Positions 34,677-44,550 of a stretch of DNA of 64,000 nucleotides are shown one piece after another. Position 1 is the first letter of the stretch. Each line of letters starts with the position of its first letter. The stretch is from Acutalibacteraceae bacterium (GTDB lineage Bacteria > Bacillota > Clostridia > Oscillospirales > Acutalibacteraceae), in the NCBI GenBank assembly GCA_036309125.1, contig JAXJUJ010000112.1:1552-65551 (forward strand). The letters run 5' to 3'. Under the pieces are notes generated by a model, which did no database searches, was not told where the DNA came from, and saw nothing but the letters and a program-made list of their open reading frames with translations. The position numbers and the translations under genes are program-made.

Positions 34677-35840
34677 TTAATACAAAAACCTTTCAAAAAG
34701 ATGAAATACGGATAAAATATATGTTAATAACGATGCACAGATTATTATAGACAAAGTCACAAGCACAGCTTTCACCTTTTCATATTCATCGGCATTCATA
34801 ATATATCTCAGAACAGAGAAGAAATTTTTACCAAAGAGGTCAAAATAGCTGATTGTATAAGTCTTGAACGTAGATGTATCACTCTCATCAAGTTCAAAAA
34901 CTCTTACACCTCGCGAAACCATATTGCCATAACTGCGGAAAGATGCACCTGGTGACTGAACTATATTTACTCCGTCTAATTCAGCAGTAAAACAGTTGAT
35001 ATGATCGTGACCTGATACCAATGCACATACATCGCCACGTCTTCTTATAGCATCAAGCTGTCCGAAATCTTCTGAAGTTGTCTCAGCATATTCAAAAGCA
35101 TAGCCACTGGCTTTTGTGGTATCGAGCTTATAGAATTTACCGTCACGACCCTTTACCGCAAATTTGTCGTTCTGATCACACTCAATAAATAATTTTTTAG
35201 TCTGAGGCACAGGGATATGCTGAAACATAAGTGACATAACTGGTCCGTCATTCTGTTTTTCAAGTTCTAAGCTTTTTTCTTCATACCATTTTACAGCCTC
35301 AGGTTTGACGTACTCAAAACCATTATCACCATTGTCGTCACAACCCGCCGAATCCACCATCCATATATTATAAGCAATCTTATCATCATCTTTTGACGAG
35401 AATATCGGCACATTATATGTATCGCAATCAACAGTTTTATCTGAAAGATTGTACGGAACACAAAAATCGTAAGAACCGTAAATTTCAGCCTGTTCATTTT
35501 TTGAGATACAATTTCTATCATCATGATTGCCATATACAAAAGCAAAAGGAATTTGACGCTTATTGATAGGCTTGAGAAGGTATCCCAGAGCTTTTTTCAT
35601 CCTCTTTAGCGTACCTTTTTTGCTTTTAACATTCTGCCAATTTCCTACAGGAGCGTCATTAATATGATTTCCAAGGATATTATCTCCTGTAAGAACAATA
35701 AGATCCGGATTGATCTTATCATAAAACTTATTGAGCATTTTAAACATGCCTCTTCTCGGAATATGCATATCCTGAGCATCACTCACCTGGAGAATTGTAA
35801 ACTTCCCCTCGTTATTGAATTTCAACTTCTTATTATACAT
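34677..35840 (-). CDS. metallophosphoesterase with a C-terminal TM anchor
   Basis: 387 aa. Calcineurin-like motifs QVSDAQD, TGDNI, GNHD and GHDH. Confidence 0.85.
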   Translation of the reverse strand: MYNKKLKFNNEGKFTILQVSDAQDMHIPRRGMFKMLNKFYDKINPDLIVLTGDNILGNHINDAPVGNWQNVKSKKGTLKRMKKALGYLLKPINKRQIPFAFVYGNHDDRNCISKNEQAEIYGSYDFCVPYNLSDKTVDCDTYNVPIFSSKDDDKIAYNIWMVDSAGCDDNGDNGFEYVKPEAVKWYEEKSLELEKQNDGPVMSLMFQHIPVPQTKKLFIECDQNDKFAVKGRDGKFYKLDTTKASGYAFEYAETTSEDFGQLDAIRRRGDVCALVSGHDHINCFTAELDGVNIVQSPGASFRSYGNMVSRGVRVFELDESDTSTFKTYTISYFDLFGKNFFSVLRYIMNADEYEKVKAVLVTLSIIICASLLTYILSVFHLFERFLY

Positions 35841-35910
35841 ATAATCACTACTTTCTATATAGAGTTAATTGTAACACAACAATGTATGTTTTGCAAGAAA
35901 AAGAAAAAGG

Positions 35911-35937
35911 AAAAAGCCACCAAGAGGCGGCTTTTTT
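35911..35937. terminator. bidirectional terminator-like hairpin
   Basis: AAAAAGCCACC-aaga-GGCGGCTTTTTT: a 7-bp stem with one mismatch, flanked by A and T runs. Confidence 0.6.
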
Positions 35938-36022
35938 ATGTATCTTCATTCTTTTTAATACCAAATATCAACCTCAAAATTCCTTTGAGCGCCTTAGGTG
36001 TGTTCAGCATTACAACTTTCAT
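35936..36022 (-). CDS. candidate 28-aa cationic peptide (not in the ORF track)
   Basis: MKVVMLNTPKALKGILRLIFGIKKNEDT. AAAGGGGA lies 5 nt upstream of the ATG, and the stop abuts the terminator at 35911-35937. Confidence 0.35.
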   Translation of the reverse strand: MKVVMLNTPKALKGILRLIFGIKKNEDT

Positions 36023-36035
36023 ATGTATCCCCTTT

Positions 36036-36188
36036 CTATTTAGCTACGATGATGCCTAGAATTACAATTACAACAGACAAAACTGCAACAGTAAATGTTT
36101 TCGGACACATTAAAGAAAGCAGCATACCAAGGCCGAAAGCTGTAAAATACAGACCTATTCTGTTCGCGCAACATCTGTTTTTTCTCAT
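36036..36188 (-). CDS. candidate 50-aa two-TM membrane protein (not in the ORF track)
   Basis: MRKNRCCANRIGLYFTAFGLGMLLSLMCPKTFTVAVLSVVIVILGIIVAK. GGTGGTG lies 5 nt upstream of the ATG, but it sits inside the 3' arm of the rsgA terminator hairpin. Confidence 0.4.
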   Translation of the reverse strand: MRKNRCCANRIGLYFTAFGLGMLLSLMCPKTFTVAVLSVVIVILGIIVAK

Positions 36189-36228
36189 AAAAACACCACC
36201 ATAGTTTTTACTATCATACTATGGTGGT
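36189..36228 (-). terminator. rho-independent terminator after rsgA
   Basis: 11-bp perfect stem ACCACCATAGT / ACTATGGTGGT (36195-36205 / 36218-36228) followed on the minus strand by GTTTTTAT. Confidence 0.7.
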
Positions 36229-36240
36229 ATAAGAAAAATG

Positions 36241-37140
36241 TTACAGTTGCCAATCCTTGAGATCTTTCACTTCATTATAAAGAGCAATATAACTTTCGTG
36301 TCGTGACGGATTAATCCTACCATCCTTAACCGCCTCAACAACCTTGCAGCCTTTATCGTTAACGTGAGCACATGAAGTAAACTTACACGTGCCTAAATAT
36401 TCTGAAAACTCAGGAAAGCAATCAGCTAAATCATCTTTTTTAATTATATCTTTATTTTCCATGTCAAGCGAAGAAAATCCGGGTGTATCCGCAATATAAC
36501 CACTACCCACTTTAAAAAGTTCAACGTGACGTGTAGTATGACGCCCTCGACCTAATTTAAGGCTTATCTCTGCTGTTTCAAGTGCGAAATCAGGTTCAAT
36601 ACAATTAAGCAATGATGATTTACCAACGCCGGAATTCCCTGTAAAAACACTGATTGCGCCATCCAACATTTCAGTCAGAGCTTCTACTCCTTCACCCGTT
36701 TTATTTGAAACAACAAGCGTATCAATCCCCGTTTTTTCAAATCTTTGAGTGTATTCAATTGCACTTGACAGATCGTTCTTTGTGAACACGATAATAGGTC
36801 TGACACCTTTATGAATTGCAATAGCCGTAAGTCTGTCAATTATAAACATATTCGGTTTCGGTTCACATGTTGAGGAAACTATAACTAAATTATCAACATT
36901 AGCTATCGGTGGTCTGTTGAAATAATTACGTCTGTCAAAAATTTTATCAATAGAATTTTTGCCGTGTTCGTCTATACTTATCTGTACGCTATCGCCGACA
37001 AGAGGAGTAATTCTTTCCTTCCGAAAAATCCCCCTTGCCTTACATTCATATATTTCACCAGCGGCTTCTACATAATAGAAGCCGCCAATTCCTTTAATAA
37101 TTGTTCCGTTAACTATCAATTCAATCACCAAGATAAACAC
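36241..37140 (-). CDS. rsgA: ribosome small subunit-dependent GTPase A
   Basis: 299 aa. Circularly permuted GTPase motifs (TKNDL, GNSGVGKSSL, DTPGF) and a C-terminal zinc cluster CKFTSCAHVNDKGC. Confidence 0.95.
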   Translation of the reverse strand: MFILVIELIVNGTIIKGIGGFYYVEAAGEIYECKARGIFRKERITPLVGDSVQISIDEHGKNSIDKIFDRRNYFNRPPIANVDNLVIVSSTCEPKPNMFIIDRLTAIAIHKGVRPIIVFTKNDLSSAIEYTQRFEKTGIDTLVVSNKTGEGVEALTEMLDGAISVFTGNSGVGKSSLLNCIEPDFALETAEISLKLGRGRHTTRHVELFKVGSGYIADTPGFSSLDMENKDIIKKDDLADCFPEFSEYLGTCKFTSCAHVNDKGCKVVEAVKDGRINPSRHESYIALYNEVKDLKDWQL

Positions 37141-39289
37141 TGATATTCACATTGTAAGGATACTGTTGACCAGATGGAGGATACTGTCCTGTAACTATAG
37201 AGCCGCTACCGGTCATATTAATTTCTGATTCTGAAAAACCTGCAGCAATAAGTTTGTTTCTTGCAGCCTCCGGAGTATCACCAGTGAGGTCAGGCATCAA
37301 AATCACCATGCTGCTGGTTGTAGACTCAGTAGTAGTTTCTTCCTCATAAATATAAGTAGATACATTTGAAATATCACATGGAGTTGTAGTGAAATCAATG
37401 TCGCATTTATAAACCAGTTTATTATTTATAAACACCTTGAAAACTGAATCAGACTTATGACCTATTACATTAAAGCTGAACGTTGAACCATCGAGTTGTC
37501 GAGTTTCTGAATGAATTGACTCAGAATCGAGACTTGCTGTAATAAGGCCTGTTGTACCAAGATTAGGAAGTGAAATATCAATCATAGTTGTCTGCTCAAC
37601 CTTAGTTCCCATACTTATGGTAAGAACAATTTCAGATCCCTTTGGGATTTTAGTATCCTTAGGCACAGAACTTTTGATAGCATAACCACTTTTAATAGTG
37701 TCATCATAATCATACTGAATTGAAACAGTGAAGCCACTTAGTTTAAGAAGCTTTTCAGCACCCTCGCGTGTTAATCCTGTAACATCCGGCACCGGAACTA
37801 CTTCAACATTATTGGCACTGTACGACAAATAAGTTACAGTTACGGTAGAGTTCTTATAAACCTTCTGTCCCGAACCGGGAGTAATATCAATAACGGTACC
37901 CGGTTCAACACCCTGCTCCTTATGCTCAGGAGTATAATCAAGCTCTTTATCAACTATTGTCAACTTAAGATCAGATAAAGTGTTTTTAACTGTTACATAA
38001 TCTTTACCATTGAGATCCGGTGGTATAACTACCATTTCCTTGCCTGTAGCAATCACAAGGTTAATAACAGTCTTTTTAGGATCAATTCGTTCACCCTTCT
38101 GAGGGTCCTGAGAAAGAATTGTGTTGGGTGTCACCGAGGTATCAAGCTGTTCAGTAACAGTAAACTTAAATTCAGGATATTCCTGTTCAAAAATTTCTTC
38201 AGAATACTCCTTACCAACAAATCCGGGCACCTTTACATTTTTATCACCCAGAATACCAAAATGAGTACCTAAAAGCACTCCGCCTAAAATAAGAATTACT
38301 AAAGCTACAATAATACCTATAAGGATAGGTATTGTTCTGTTTTTTACAACAGGTTCGTCTTCCTGCTCGTCATCAACCTCATAAGCAGTAACTGTTGTAC
38401 CGACATTTGGGATATATTTCGTTGGTTCGTTGTTGGAATAGCTGTAATCAAATTTAATAGAAGGATTTCTTCTGAATTCCTCAAGATCAAGGAGCATTTC
38501 AGCAGCAGACTGATAACGATCATTAACATTTTTCTGCATTGCTTTAATAATAATCTGCTCTAAACCTACAGGTATCTGTGGGTTAATCGTACGAGGCATT
38601 ACAGGGTCCTTCTGAAGCTGCATAATGGCAACTGAAACGGTGTTATCCGATTCAAATGGAAGTTTACCCGTTAACATTTCATAAAGCATTACACCTACAG
38701 AATAGATATCAGCTTTATCATTTGTAACATCGCCACGCGCTTGTTCAGGACTTATGTAATGTACTGAACCAATGGCTGAATCAGTCATAGTTCTGGTTTC
38801 ACTTGCAAAGAAACGAGCTATTCCGAAATCAGTTACTTTGATTGCACCATTTTCAAGCAAAAGAATATTCTGCGGTTTTATATCACGGTGAACAATCCCC
38901 TTGTCATGAGCATGTTGCAATGCGCGAAGAACCTGCATTACAAAGAATACAGCTTCACGATGATTAACAACACCCTGTTGCTGAATGTACTCTTTAAGAG
39001 TAATTCCTTCAACATATTCCATAACTATATACTGAAGTCTGTCACCATAACTCACATCGAAAACCTTGACAATATTCATATGTGAAAGGACTGCAATTGC
39101 TTTTGACTCGTTCTTAAAACGTCTGCGAAACTCCTCGTTTGCGAGAAACTCTTCTTTAAGTATCTTAACAGCAACTATTCTGTCGTCGATATTGTCATAT
39201 GCCTTATATACAACAGCCATACCGCCAACACCGATTATTTCACGAATCTCATATCTGCCGTCAAGTCTTTTTCCAACATAATTCTGCAT
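37121..39289 (-). CDS. prkC: Ser/Thr protein kinase with extracellular PASTA repeats (PrkC-like)
   Basis: 722 aa. Hanks kinase motifs (GVGGMAVVYKA, HRDIKPQN, DFGIA, SPEQ), one TM segment, and repeated PASTA-like units (VPDVTGL..., MPDLTGD...). Confidence 0.9.
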   Translation of the reverse strand: MQNYVGKRLDGRYEIREIIGVGGMAVVYKAYDNIDDRIVAVKILKEEFLANEEFRRRFKNESKAIAVLSHMNIVKVFDVSYGDRLQYIVMEYVEGITLKEYIQQQGVVNHREAVFFVMQVLRALQHAHDKGIVHRDIKPQNILLLENGAIKVTDFGIARFFASETRTMTDSAIGSVHYISPEQARGDVTNDKADIYSVGVMLYEMLTGKLPFESDNTVSVAIMQLQKDPVMPRTINPQIPVGLEQIIIKAMQKNVNDRYQSAAEMLLDLEEFRRNPSIKFDYSYSNNEPTKYIPNVGTTVTAYEVDDEQEDEPVVKNRTIPILIGIIVALVILILGGVLLGTHFGILGDKNVKVPGFVGKEYSEEIFEQEYPEFKFTVTEQLDTSVTPNTILSQDPQKGERIDPKKTVINLVIATGKEMVVIPPDLNGKDYVTVKNTLSDLKLTIVDKELDYTPEHKEQGVEPGTVIDITPGSGQKVYKNSTVTVTYLSYSANNVEVVPVPDVTGLTREGAEKLLKLSGFTVSIQYDYDDTIKSGYAIKSSVPKDTKIPKGSEIVLTISMGTKVEQTTMIDISLPNLGTTGLITASLDSESIHSETRQLDGSTFSFNVIGHKSDSVFKVFINNKLVYKCDIDFTTTPCDISNVSTYIYEEETTTESTTSSMVILMPDLTGDTPEAARNKLIAAGFSESEINMTGSGSIVTGQYPPSGQQYPYNVNISVYLGD

Positions 39290-39306
39290 TTTACTACCTC
39301 CGTTTA

Positions 39307-40035
39307 TCAGTCGGTAACAGTTATAACAGTAACGTTGTCTCCGCCACCATTCTCATTAGCCTTGTCAACAAGAGCATCAGCTAACGTATAACTGTCATAG
39401 GTATTACAAATATCAAGTATAGTTCTCTCGTCGACAAAATTTGTCAACCCATCACTACACAAAAGTACAATATCACCGGAATTATACACTTCCTGGCTGA
39501 AGTCAATCCGGATTTCAGCATCAACACCTATAGCACGGGTAATTACATTTTTTTGTGGATGGTCCTTAGCTTCTTCCGGACGAATTTCGCCTCTGTCTAT
39601 CATCAACTGTACAACAGAATGATCAACAGTGAGCTGATTAATACTGTCTTTAGTGACAATGTATATACGCGAATCACCAACGTGGGCTATGTAAAGCGAA
39701 TCGTTTTTTATGATCGCAAGAACAACTGTAGTTCCCATACCTGACAAAGTTGAATCATTTCTTGAGCGTGAGAACACAGTGGCATTTGCTGCCTCAACAG
39801 AAGAGACAATCAAGTGTTTGATTGAATTATCATTCATAGCCTCATGATATCCGAAATTTAGTTTTTCTGAAATCGTTCTGGCAGCAGTTTCACTAGCTAT
39901 GTTACCACCATTAGCACCGCCCATTCCATCGCAGACAAGAGCCCATGTCGCACCATCAGGAAACTCACCGGCAAGACAAAAGTCCTGATTATTCTGTCTT
40001 ACTACCCCTACATCTGACTTAGCAGAAATTTTCAC
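39307..40035 (-). CDS. stp: PP2C-family Ser/Thr phosphatase (Stp/PrpC)
   Basis: 242 aa. NQDF, DGMGG, GDSR and GGGDNVT motifs. Upstream of prkC. Confidence 0.9.
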   Translation of the reverse strand: MKISAKSDVGVVRQNNQDFCLAGEFPDGATWALVCDGMGGANGGNIASETAARTISEKLNFGYHEAMNDNSIKHLIVSSVEAANATVFSRSRNDSTLSGMGTTVVLAIIKNDSLYIAHVGDSRIYIVTKDSINQLTVDHSVVQLMIDRGEIRPEEAKDHPQKNVITRAIGVDAEIRIDFSQEVYNSGDIVLLCSDGLTNFVDERTILDICNTYDSYTLADALVDKANENGGGDNVTVITVTD

Positions 40036-41090
40036 TGTTCACCCTCCTTTTCTGTTTTTTCACGGACATGCTTACTTCTGAGCTGTCCGCAAGATGCATC
40101 AATATCAGATCCGAGACTTCTACGGATTGTTGTATTGACACCTTTAGAATTTAATATTTTCATAAAGCGCTGCAAACGCTCATTAGTACTGCGTTTATGT
40201 GCACTTTCATTGATCTCATTAGCAGGAATCAGATTTACATGGCAAAGCATCCCCTTTAAAAGAGAAGCAAGCTCATATGCACACTCATCTGAATCGTTGA
40301 CATCCCTGATCATAGCGTATTCAAAAGATATGCGTCGCGATGTCTCATTAACGTAGTCACGACACGCTTTGATAAGCTGATTAACAGGATATTTTTTATT
40401 AACAGGCATAACCTTCGAACGCATTTCATCATTAGGTGCGTGTAACGAAATTGAGAGTGTAATCTGCAGTTTAAGACTTAACAAATCATAAATTCTCGGC
40501 ACTATGCCACAAGTAGATAAAGAAATATTTCGCATCGACAAGTTAAGCCCTTTTTCGTCCGATGCAAGTTCAAGAAAACGCAATGTGTTTTCGTAATTAT
40601 CCAACGGTTCGCCCATACCCATCATTACGACATGTGAAACTCTGACATTCATATCTCTCTGTGCAGCATGGATCTGACCGAGAATTTCAGAAGGCATCAG
40701 GTTACGAACACAACCATTTTTTGTTGATGCGCAGAAAACACACCCCATCTTACATCCGACCTGTGAAGAGACACATAAAGTATATCCATACTTATATTTC
40801 ATTAAAACAGACTCTACGAAATTACCATCATAAAGTTTAAACAAGTATTTTACAGTAGAATCAATTGCCGAGACCTGTTTTAACTCAATCTCACAGCTTC
40901 TTACAGGATATTTATCATTTAATAAATTTCTGACTGCTTTTGGCAAATTAGTCATTTCATCATAACTCATTACACCATAAAGTTGAAACCAATCAAAAAT
41001 CTGCTTAGCTCTGAACTTAGGTTCGCCAAAAGATTTAACTATATCTTCAATTTCAGTCAGATTCATTGATTTTATATCAAAATCAGACAA
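40032..41090 (-). CDS. rlmN: 23S rRNA/tRNA adenine-C2 methyltransferase RlmN (radical SAM)
   Basis: 352 aa. FRAKQIFDW, radical SAM CKMGCVFC, and CGQL near the C-terminus. Confidence 0.95.
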   Translation of the reverse strand: MSDFDIKSMNLTEIEDIVKSFGEPKFRAKQIFDWFQLYGVMSYDEMTNLPKAVRNLLNDKYPVRSCEIELKQVSAIDSTVKYLFKLYDGNFVESVLMKYKYGYTLCVSSQVGCKMGCVFCASTKNGCVRNLMPSEILGQIHAAQRDMNVRVSHVVMMGMGEPLDNYENTLRFLELASDEKGLNLSMRNISLSTCGIVPRIYDLLSLKLQITLSISLHAPNDEMRSKVMPVNKKYPVNQLIKACRDYVNETSRRISFEYAMIRDVNDSDECAYELASLLKGMLCHVNLIPANEINESAHKRSTNERLQRFMKILNSKGVNTTIRRSLGSDIDASCGQLRSKHVREKTEKEGEQ

Positions 41091-41092
41091 GT

Positions 41093-42400
41093 TTACACTT
41101 CCTTAATTTTTCTTATGCCGGCAATAAAAAAGCCATCGCAGTTATGTAAATGTGGCATAAGAGTAATATAATCGGTATCCTCACCGTACCTTCTTAGTTC
41201 CGGCAAAACCTTAAAAGACTCAAAACCCGGATGTTCTGAAAGGAATTTATTTACAACGTCTTCGTTTTCAGTTTTATTCAAAGAGCAGGTAGAGTATATA
41301 ATTATACCGTCTTCTTTAAGATATTCAGCCGAAATACAGAGTATAGAATACTGCAAATCAGGTAATTTGTCAACTTCAGTCGGGTCCTTATACCTTATTT
41401 CAGGTTTTTTACGTATCACACCAAGACCAGCGCACGGTACATCACAAAGTATTTTATCAGCCTGCGGCAAATCCGGGTTAAATACCGTGCCATCATTTAC
41501 CTTTGTTTCAAGATTTGTAATTCCAAGTCTGTCTGCACCATTTTTTATCAGATCCAGACGATGAGTGTAAACATCCATCGAGATCAATGAACCTGTATTG
41601 TTCATTTGCTCAGCTAAAGTAAAGCTCTTACCACCCGGAGCAGCACAAATATCCAACACAGTATCACCTTCGCAGACTTCAAGTGCTTTGCAACACAGTT
41701 GTGATGCATTATCCTGAACGTGAAACAAACCTTTTTGATACGAGTCAGATTTATGCAATGGTCCATGACCTTTTACAATCAAAGAATTTTCACATAAGTC
41801 TGATTTAACTGCTTCAAAACCATCAACATGTAACAGTTCAATAAGTTTATCTGGCGTTATCCTTAAAGTATTTACTTTTAAGTTTGTTTCAACAGCTCCG
41901 AACGTAGCTTCGAGCAAAGCTATTGCATTATCTCTGCCGTAATTTTCTATCCATAAATCACAAAGCCATTTCGGCATTGAGTATCTGACCGTCAAGTCAT
42001 CTGTTTCTGTGATGCCATTTGAAGATATTTTACGCAACACTGCATTCACAAGACCGGAAGCAAAAGAAAGTCCGTTATTTTTAGTAAGCTTAACACACTC
42101 ATTAATAGCTGCAGATGCAGGAACTTTATCCATGTATAAAATCTGATATGCGCCAATACGTAAAATAGTGAGAACCTGCGGTTTTAGCTTTCTGAGTGGT
42201 TGCTTCAAGTAGCATGAAAGCTCAAAATCAAGTGTTATAACTCGCTCAGCAACACCGTAAACTATTGCTGACACAAAAGCTCTATCAGTAGCATTTACAT
42301 CCAATTTTTCAAGATAAGAATCAAGAACAATATTGGAATAAGAATTATCTTTAAATATTCTGTTTAAAATTTCAAAAGATACTTGTCTTGCAGTTTTCAT
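41093..42400 (-). CDS. rsmB: 16S rRNA m5C967 methyltransferase RsmB
   Basis: 435 aa. NusB-like N-terminal domain, DICAAPGGK SAM motif, DVPC and YSTCS catalytic cysteines. Confidence 0.9.
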   Translation of the reverse strand: MKTARQVSFEILNRIFKDNSYSNIVLDSYLEKLDVNATDRAFVSAIVYGVAERVITLDFELSCYLKQPLRKLKPQVLTILRIGAYQILYMDKVPASAAINECVKLTKNNGLSFASGLVNAVLRKISSNGITETDDLTVRYSMPKWLCDLWIENYGRDNAIALLEATFGAVETNLKVNTLRITPDKLIELLHVDGFEAVKSDLCENSLIVKGHGPLHKSDSYQKGLFHVQDNASQLCCKALEVCEGDTVLDICAAPGGKSFTLAEQMNNTGSLISMDVYTHRLDLIKNGADRLGITNLETKVNDGTVFNPDLPQADKILCDVPCAGLGVIRKKPEIRYKDPTEVDKLPDLQYSILCISAEYLKEDGIIIYSTCSLNKTENEDVVNKFLSEHPGFESFKVLPELRRYGEDTDYITLMPHLHNCDGFFIAGIRKIKEV

Positions 42401-42408
42401 ACAAATTC

Positions 42409-43125
42409 CTATCTGCGTCTGTTATTACCCAAAAGCCTGAGCGCATAATACAAAAGATTTACAATAGCTGTTGCAAGCGCTGCCACGTAAGTCATAGCAG
42501 CTGCAGTAAGCACACTTTTAGCACCACTATATTCCTCAACAGACAACATTCCGGTTTCTTCTATAACGCGTAAAGCGCGTCGACTTGCATTAAACTCAAC
42601 AGGTAAAGTAACAAACTGAAACAAAGCAACAAGTCCATAAAGAGCCAGACCTGCAATTATAAAATAGAAGCCAAAATCAGAGTTTGATCCATATGCAAGA
42701 AAATAACCTAAAAAAGCAATAATCAAACCAAACCTTGAACCAAAATTCGTTACCGGAACCAAAGCAGTCCTGATAGTGTTTGGAAGATAATTTTCAGCAT
42801 GCTGAGCTGCGTGTCCTGCTTCATGACAAGCTATTCCTACAGCCGCAACTGAAGACCCGGAAAAAACACCTTGTGACAAACGAATAACCTTTTCGTTGGG
42901 AGAATAATGATCCGTCAACTTCCCTTGACACGATTCGATCCTAACATCAGTTATTCCGTAATGATTAAGAATCAACTGAGCCGCCATAGCGCCACTGATT
43001 CTTCTTGAATTCTGGATTTTAGAGTATTTTTTGTATGCACTTTTTACTTTAGCCTGCGCTAAGAGCGAAATAATCAGTACAGGAGCTGCGAAAATAAGAT
43101 ATGAAAAATAGTTATAAAAAAACAT
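42409..43125 (-). CDS. putative neutral zinc metallopeptidase (Zn_peptidase_2 family membrane protein)
   Basis: 238 aa. HEAGHAAQH zinc motif and flanking TM segments. Confidence 0.8.
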   Translation of the reverse strand: MFFYNYFSYLIFAAPVLIISLLAQAKVKSAYKKYSKIQNSRRISGAMAAQLILNHYGITDVRIESCQGKLTDHYSPNEKVIRLSQGVFSGSSVAAVGIACHEAGHAAQHAENYLPNTIRTALVPVTNFGSRFGLIIAFLGYFLAYGSNSDFGFYFIIAGLALYGLVALFQFVTLPVEFNASRRALRVIEETGMLSVEEYSGAKSVLTAAAMTYVAALATAIVNLLYYALRLLGNNRRR

Positions 43126-43134
43126 CAGATCACC

Positions 43135-44061
43135 TTATTTTAGAATAGTACCTTTTTCTATAGGATTGCCCCTGAGAAAATCAGAAGCATTCATAGCCTT
43201 TTTACCCTCGAGCTGCAACTTGACAATTTCAACAGAAGTTCCACAACCACAGCAAACAATCAGCTTTTTATCAGACTGAATTACTTCACCAGGTTCACCA
43301 CAAACATCTTCGGCTATGGCGGTCTGATGAATTTTAACAGTCTTGTCGTTGTATCGCGTAATTGCAACAGGCCACGGATAAAGACCTCTTACTTTATTAT
43401 GAACTTTGTCAGCTGTATCATTCCAATTCACCGGGCACAAATCCTTGGTAAGCATTGGTGCATAATTTGACAAAGCATCATCCTGCTTAACCGGTGTAAG
43501 CTCATCCTTGAGAAGCTTATCGATAGTTTCAGACATAACCTTTGCACCAAGAACAGACAACTTGTCGTGTAATTCACCTGCTGTTTCATCCTGTCCGATT
43601 TCTACAGTTTCAGTAAGAAGCATATCACCGGTATCAAGTCCAATATCCATCTGCATAGCAGTAACTCCCGTTACTGTTTCACCGTTAAGCACACTCCACT
43701 GTATCGGAGCAGCTCCTCTGTAGGCAGGCAACACTGAAGCGTGCATATTGATGCAACCATACTTCGGAAAATTTAATATCTCCGAAGGTAAAATTTTGCC
43801 ATATGCAACTACGATAATAAGCTCAGGATTAAGATCTTCAATGATTGAAAGAGCAGAACCATCTCGCATTTTTTCCGGCTGAAATACAGGGATTCCTGCA
43901 TCTACTGCACACTGTTTGACAGGAGGGAACTGCATCTTATGTCCTCTCCCCTTTGGTTTGTCCGGTTGAGTGAAAACACCCTTGACATTATGACCGTCAG
44001 AAATTAAGCGTTCAAGACAAGGTACAGCAAACTCAGGAGTTCCCATAAAAACAATATCCAT
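43135..44061 (-). CDS. fmt: methionyl-tRNA formyltransferase
   Basis: 308 aa. VFMGTPEFAVP, NMHASVLPAYRGAAPI and a C-terminal beta-barrel domain. Confidence 0.95.
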   Translation of the reverse strand: MDIVFMGTPEFAVPCLERLISDGHNVKGVFTQPDKPKGRGHKMQFPPVKQCAVDAGIPVFQPEKMRDGSALSIIEDLNPELIIVVAYGKILPSEILNFPKYGCINMHASVLPAYRGAAPIQWSVLNGETVTGVTAMQMDIGLDTGDMLLTETVEIGQDETAGELHDKLSVLGAKVMSETIDKLLKDELTPVKQDDALSNYAPMLTKDLCPVNWNDTADKVHNKVRGLYPWPVAITRYNDKTVKIHQTAIAEDVCGEPGEVIQSDKKLIVCCGCGTSVEIVKLQLEGKKAMNASDFLRGNPIEKGTILK

Positions 44062-44073
44062 AGCTAACCTCCA

Positions 44074-44532
44074 TCAATCGCTTTCCAATTCACCTACAAG
44101 ATGGCTTGTATATAGAATTCCATCGAGATGATCAAGCTCATGACAAAAACATCTGGCTTTAAGACCTTCGCCTTTATACAAGCACCACTTACCATCTCTG
44201 TTCTGTGCCTTAACTATAACTTTCATTGGTCTCTCAGTAACACCATATTTACCGGGTAAAGAAAGACAACCTTCAGTTTCGTGCTGAACTTCCTGAGAAC
44301 ATTCTACAATCTCAGGATTGACCAATTCAAGGTATCCGTCACCACAATCAATTACAACTATACGTCTTAAAATTCCAACCTGAACAGCCGCAAGACCTGC
44401 ACCTTGAGCCTTATAAAGCGTGTCCTTCATATCATCAAGAATCTGGTAAAGTTTTTCATCAAAATTCTCAACAGGTCGACTTTTCTTTGATAATATCGGA
44501 TCTCCCAATTTTACAATATTTCTGATCGCCAT
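44074..44532 (-). CDS. def: peptide deformylase
   Basis: 152 aa. GAGLAAVQVG, EGCLS and HELDHL motifs. Confidence 0.95.
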   Translation of the reverse strand: MAIRNIVKLGDPILSKKSRPVENFDEKLYQILDDMKDTLYKAQGAGLAAVQVGILRRIVVIDCGDGYLELVNPEIVECSQEVQHETEGCLSLPGKYGVTERPMKVIVKAQNRDGKWCLYKGEGLKARCFCHELDHLDGILYTSHLVGELESD

Positions 44533-44550
44533 TACGATTTCCTTTCATTA

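Noticed and set aside
36189-36228. 11-bp perfect inverted repeat as a possible riboswitch or regulatory element
   Set aside because: Its position directly after the rsgA stop and the following T-run fit a plain intrinsic terminator. No conserved aptamer-like sequence surrounds it.
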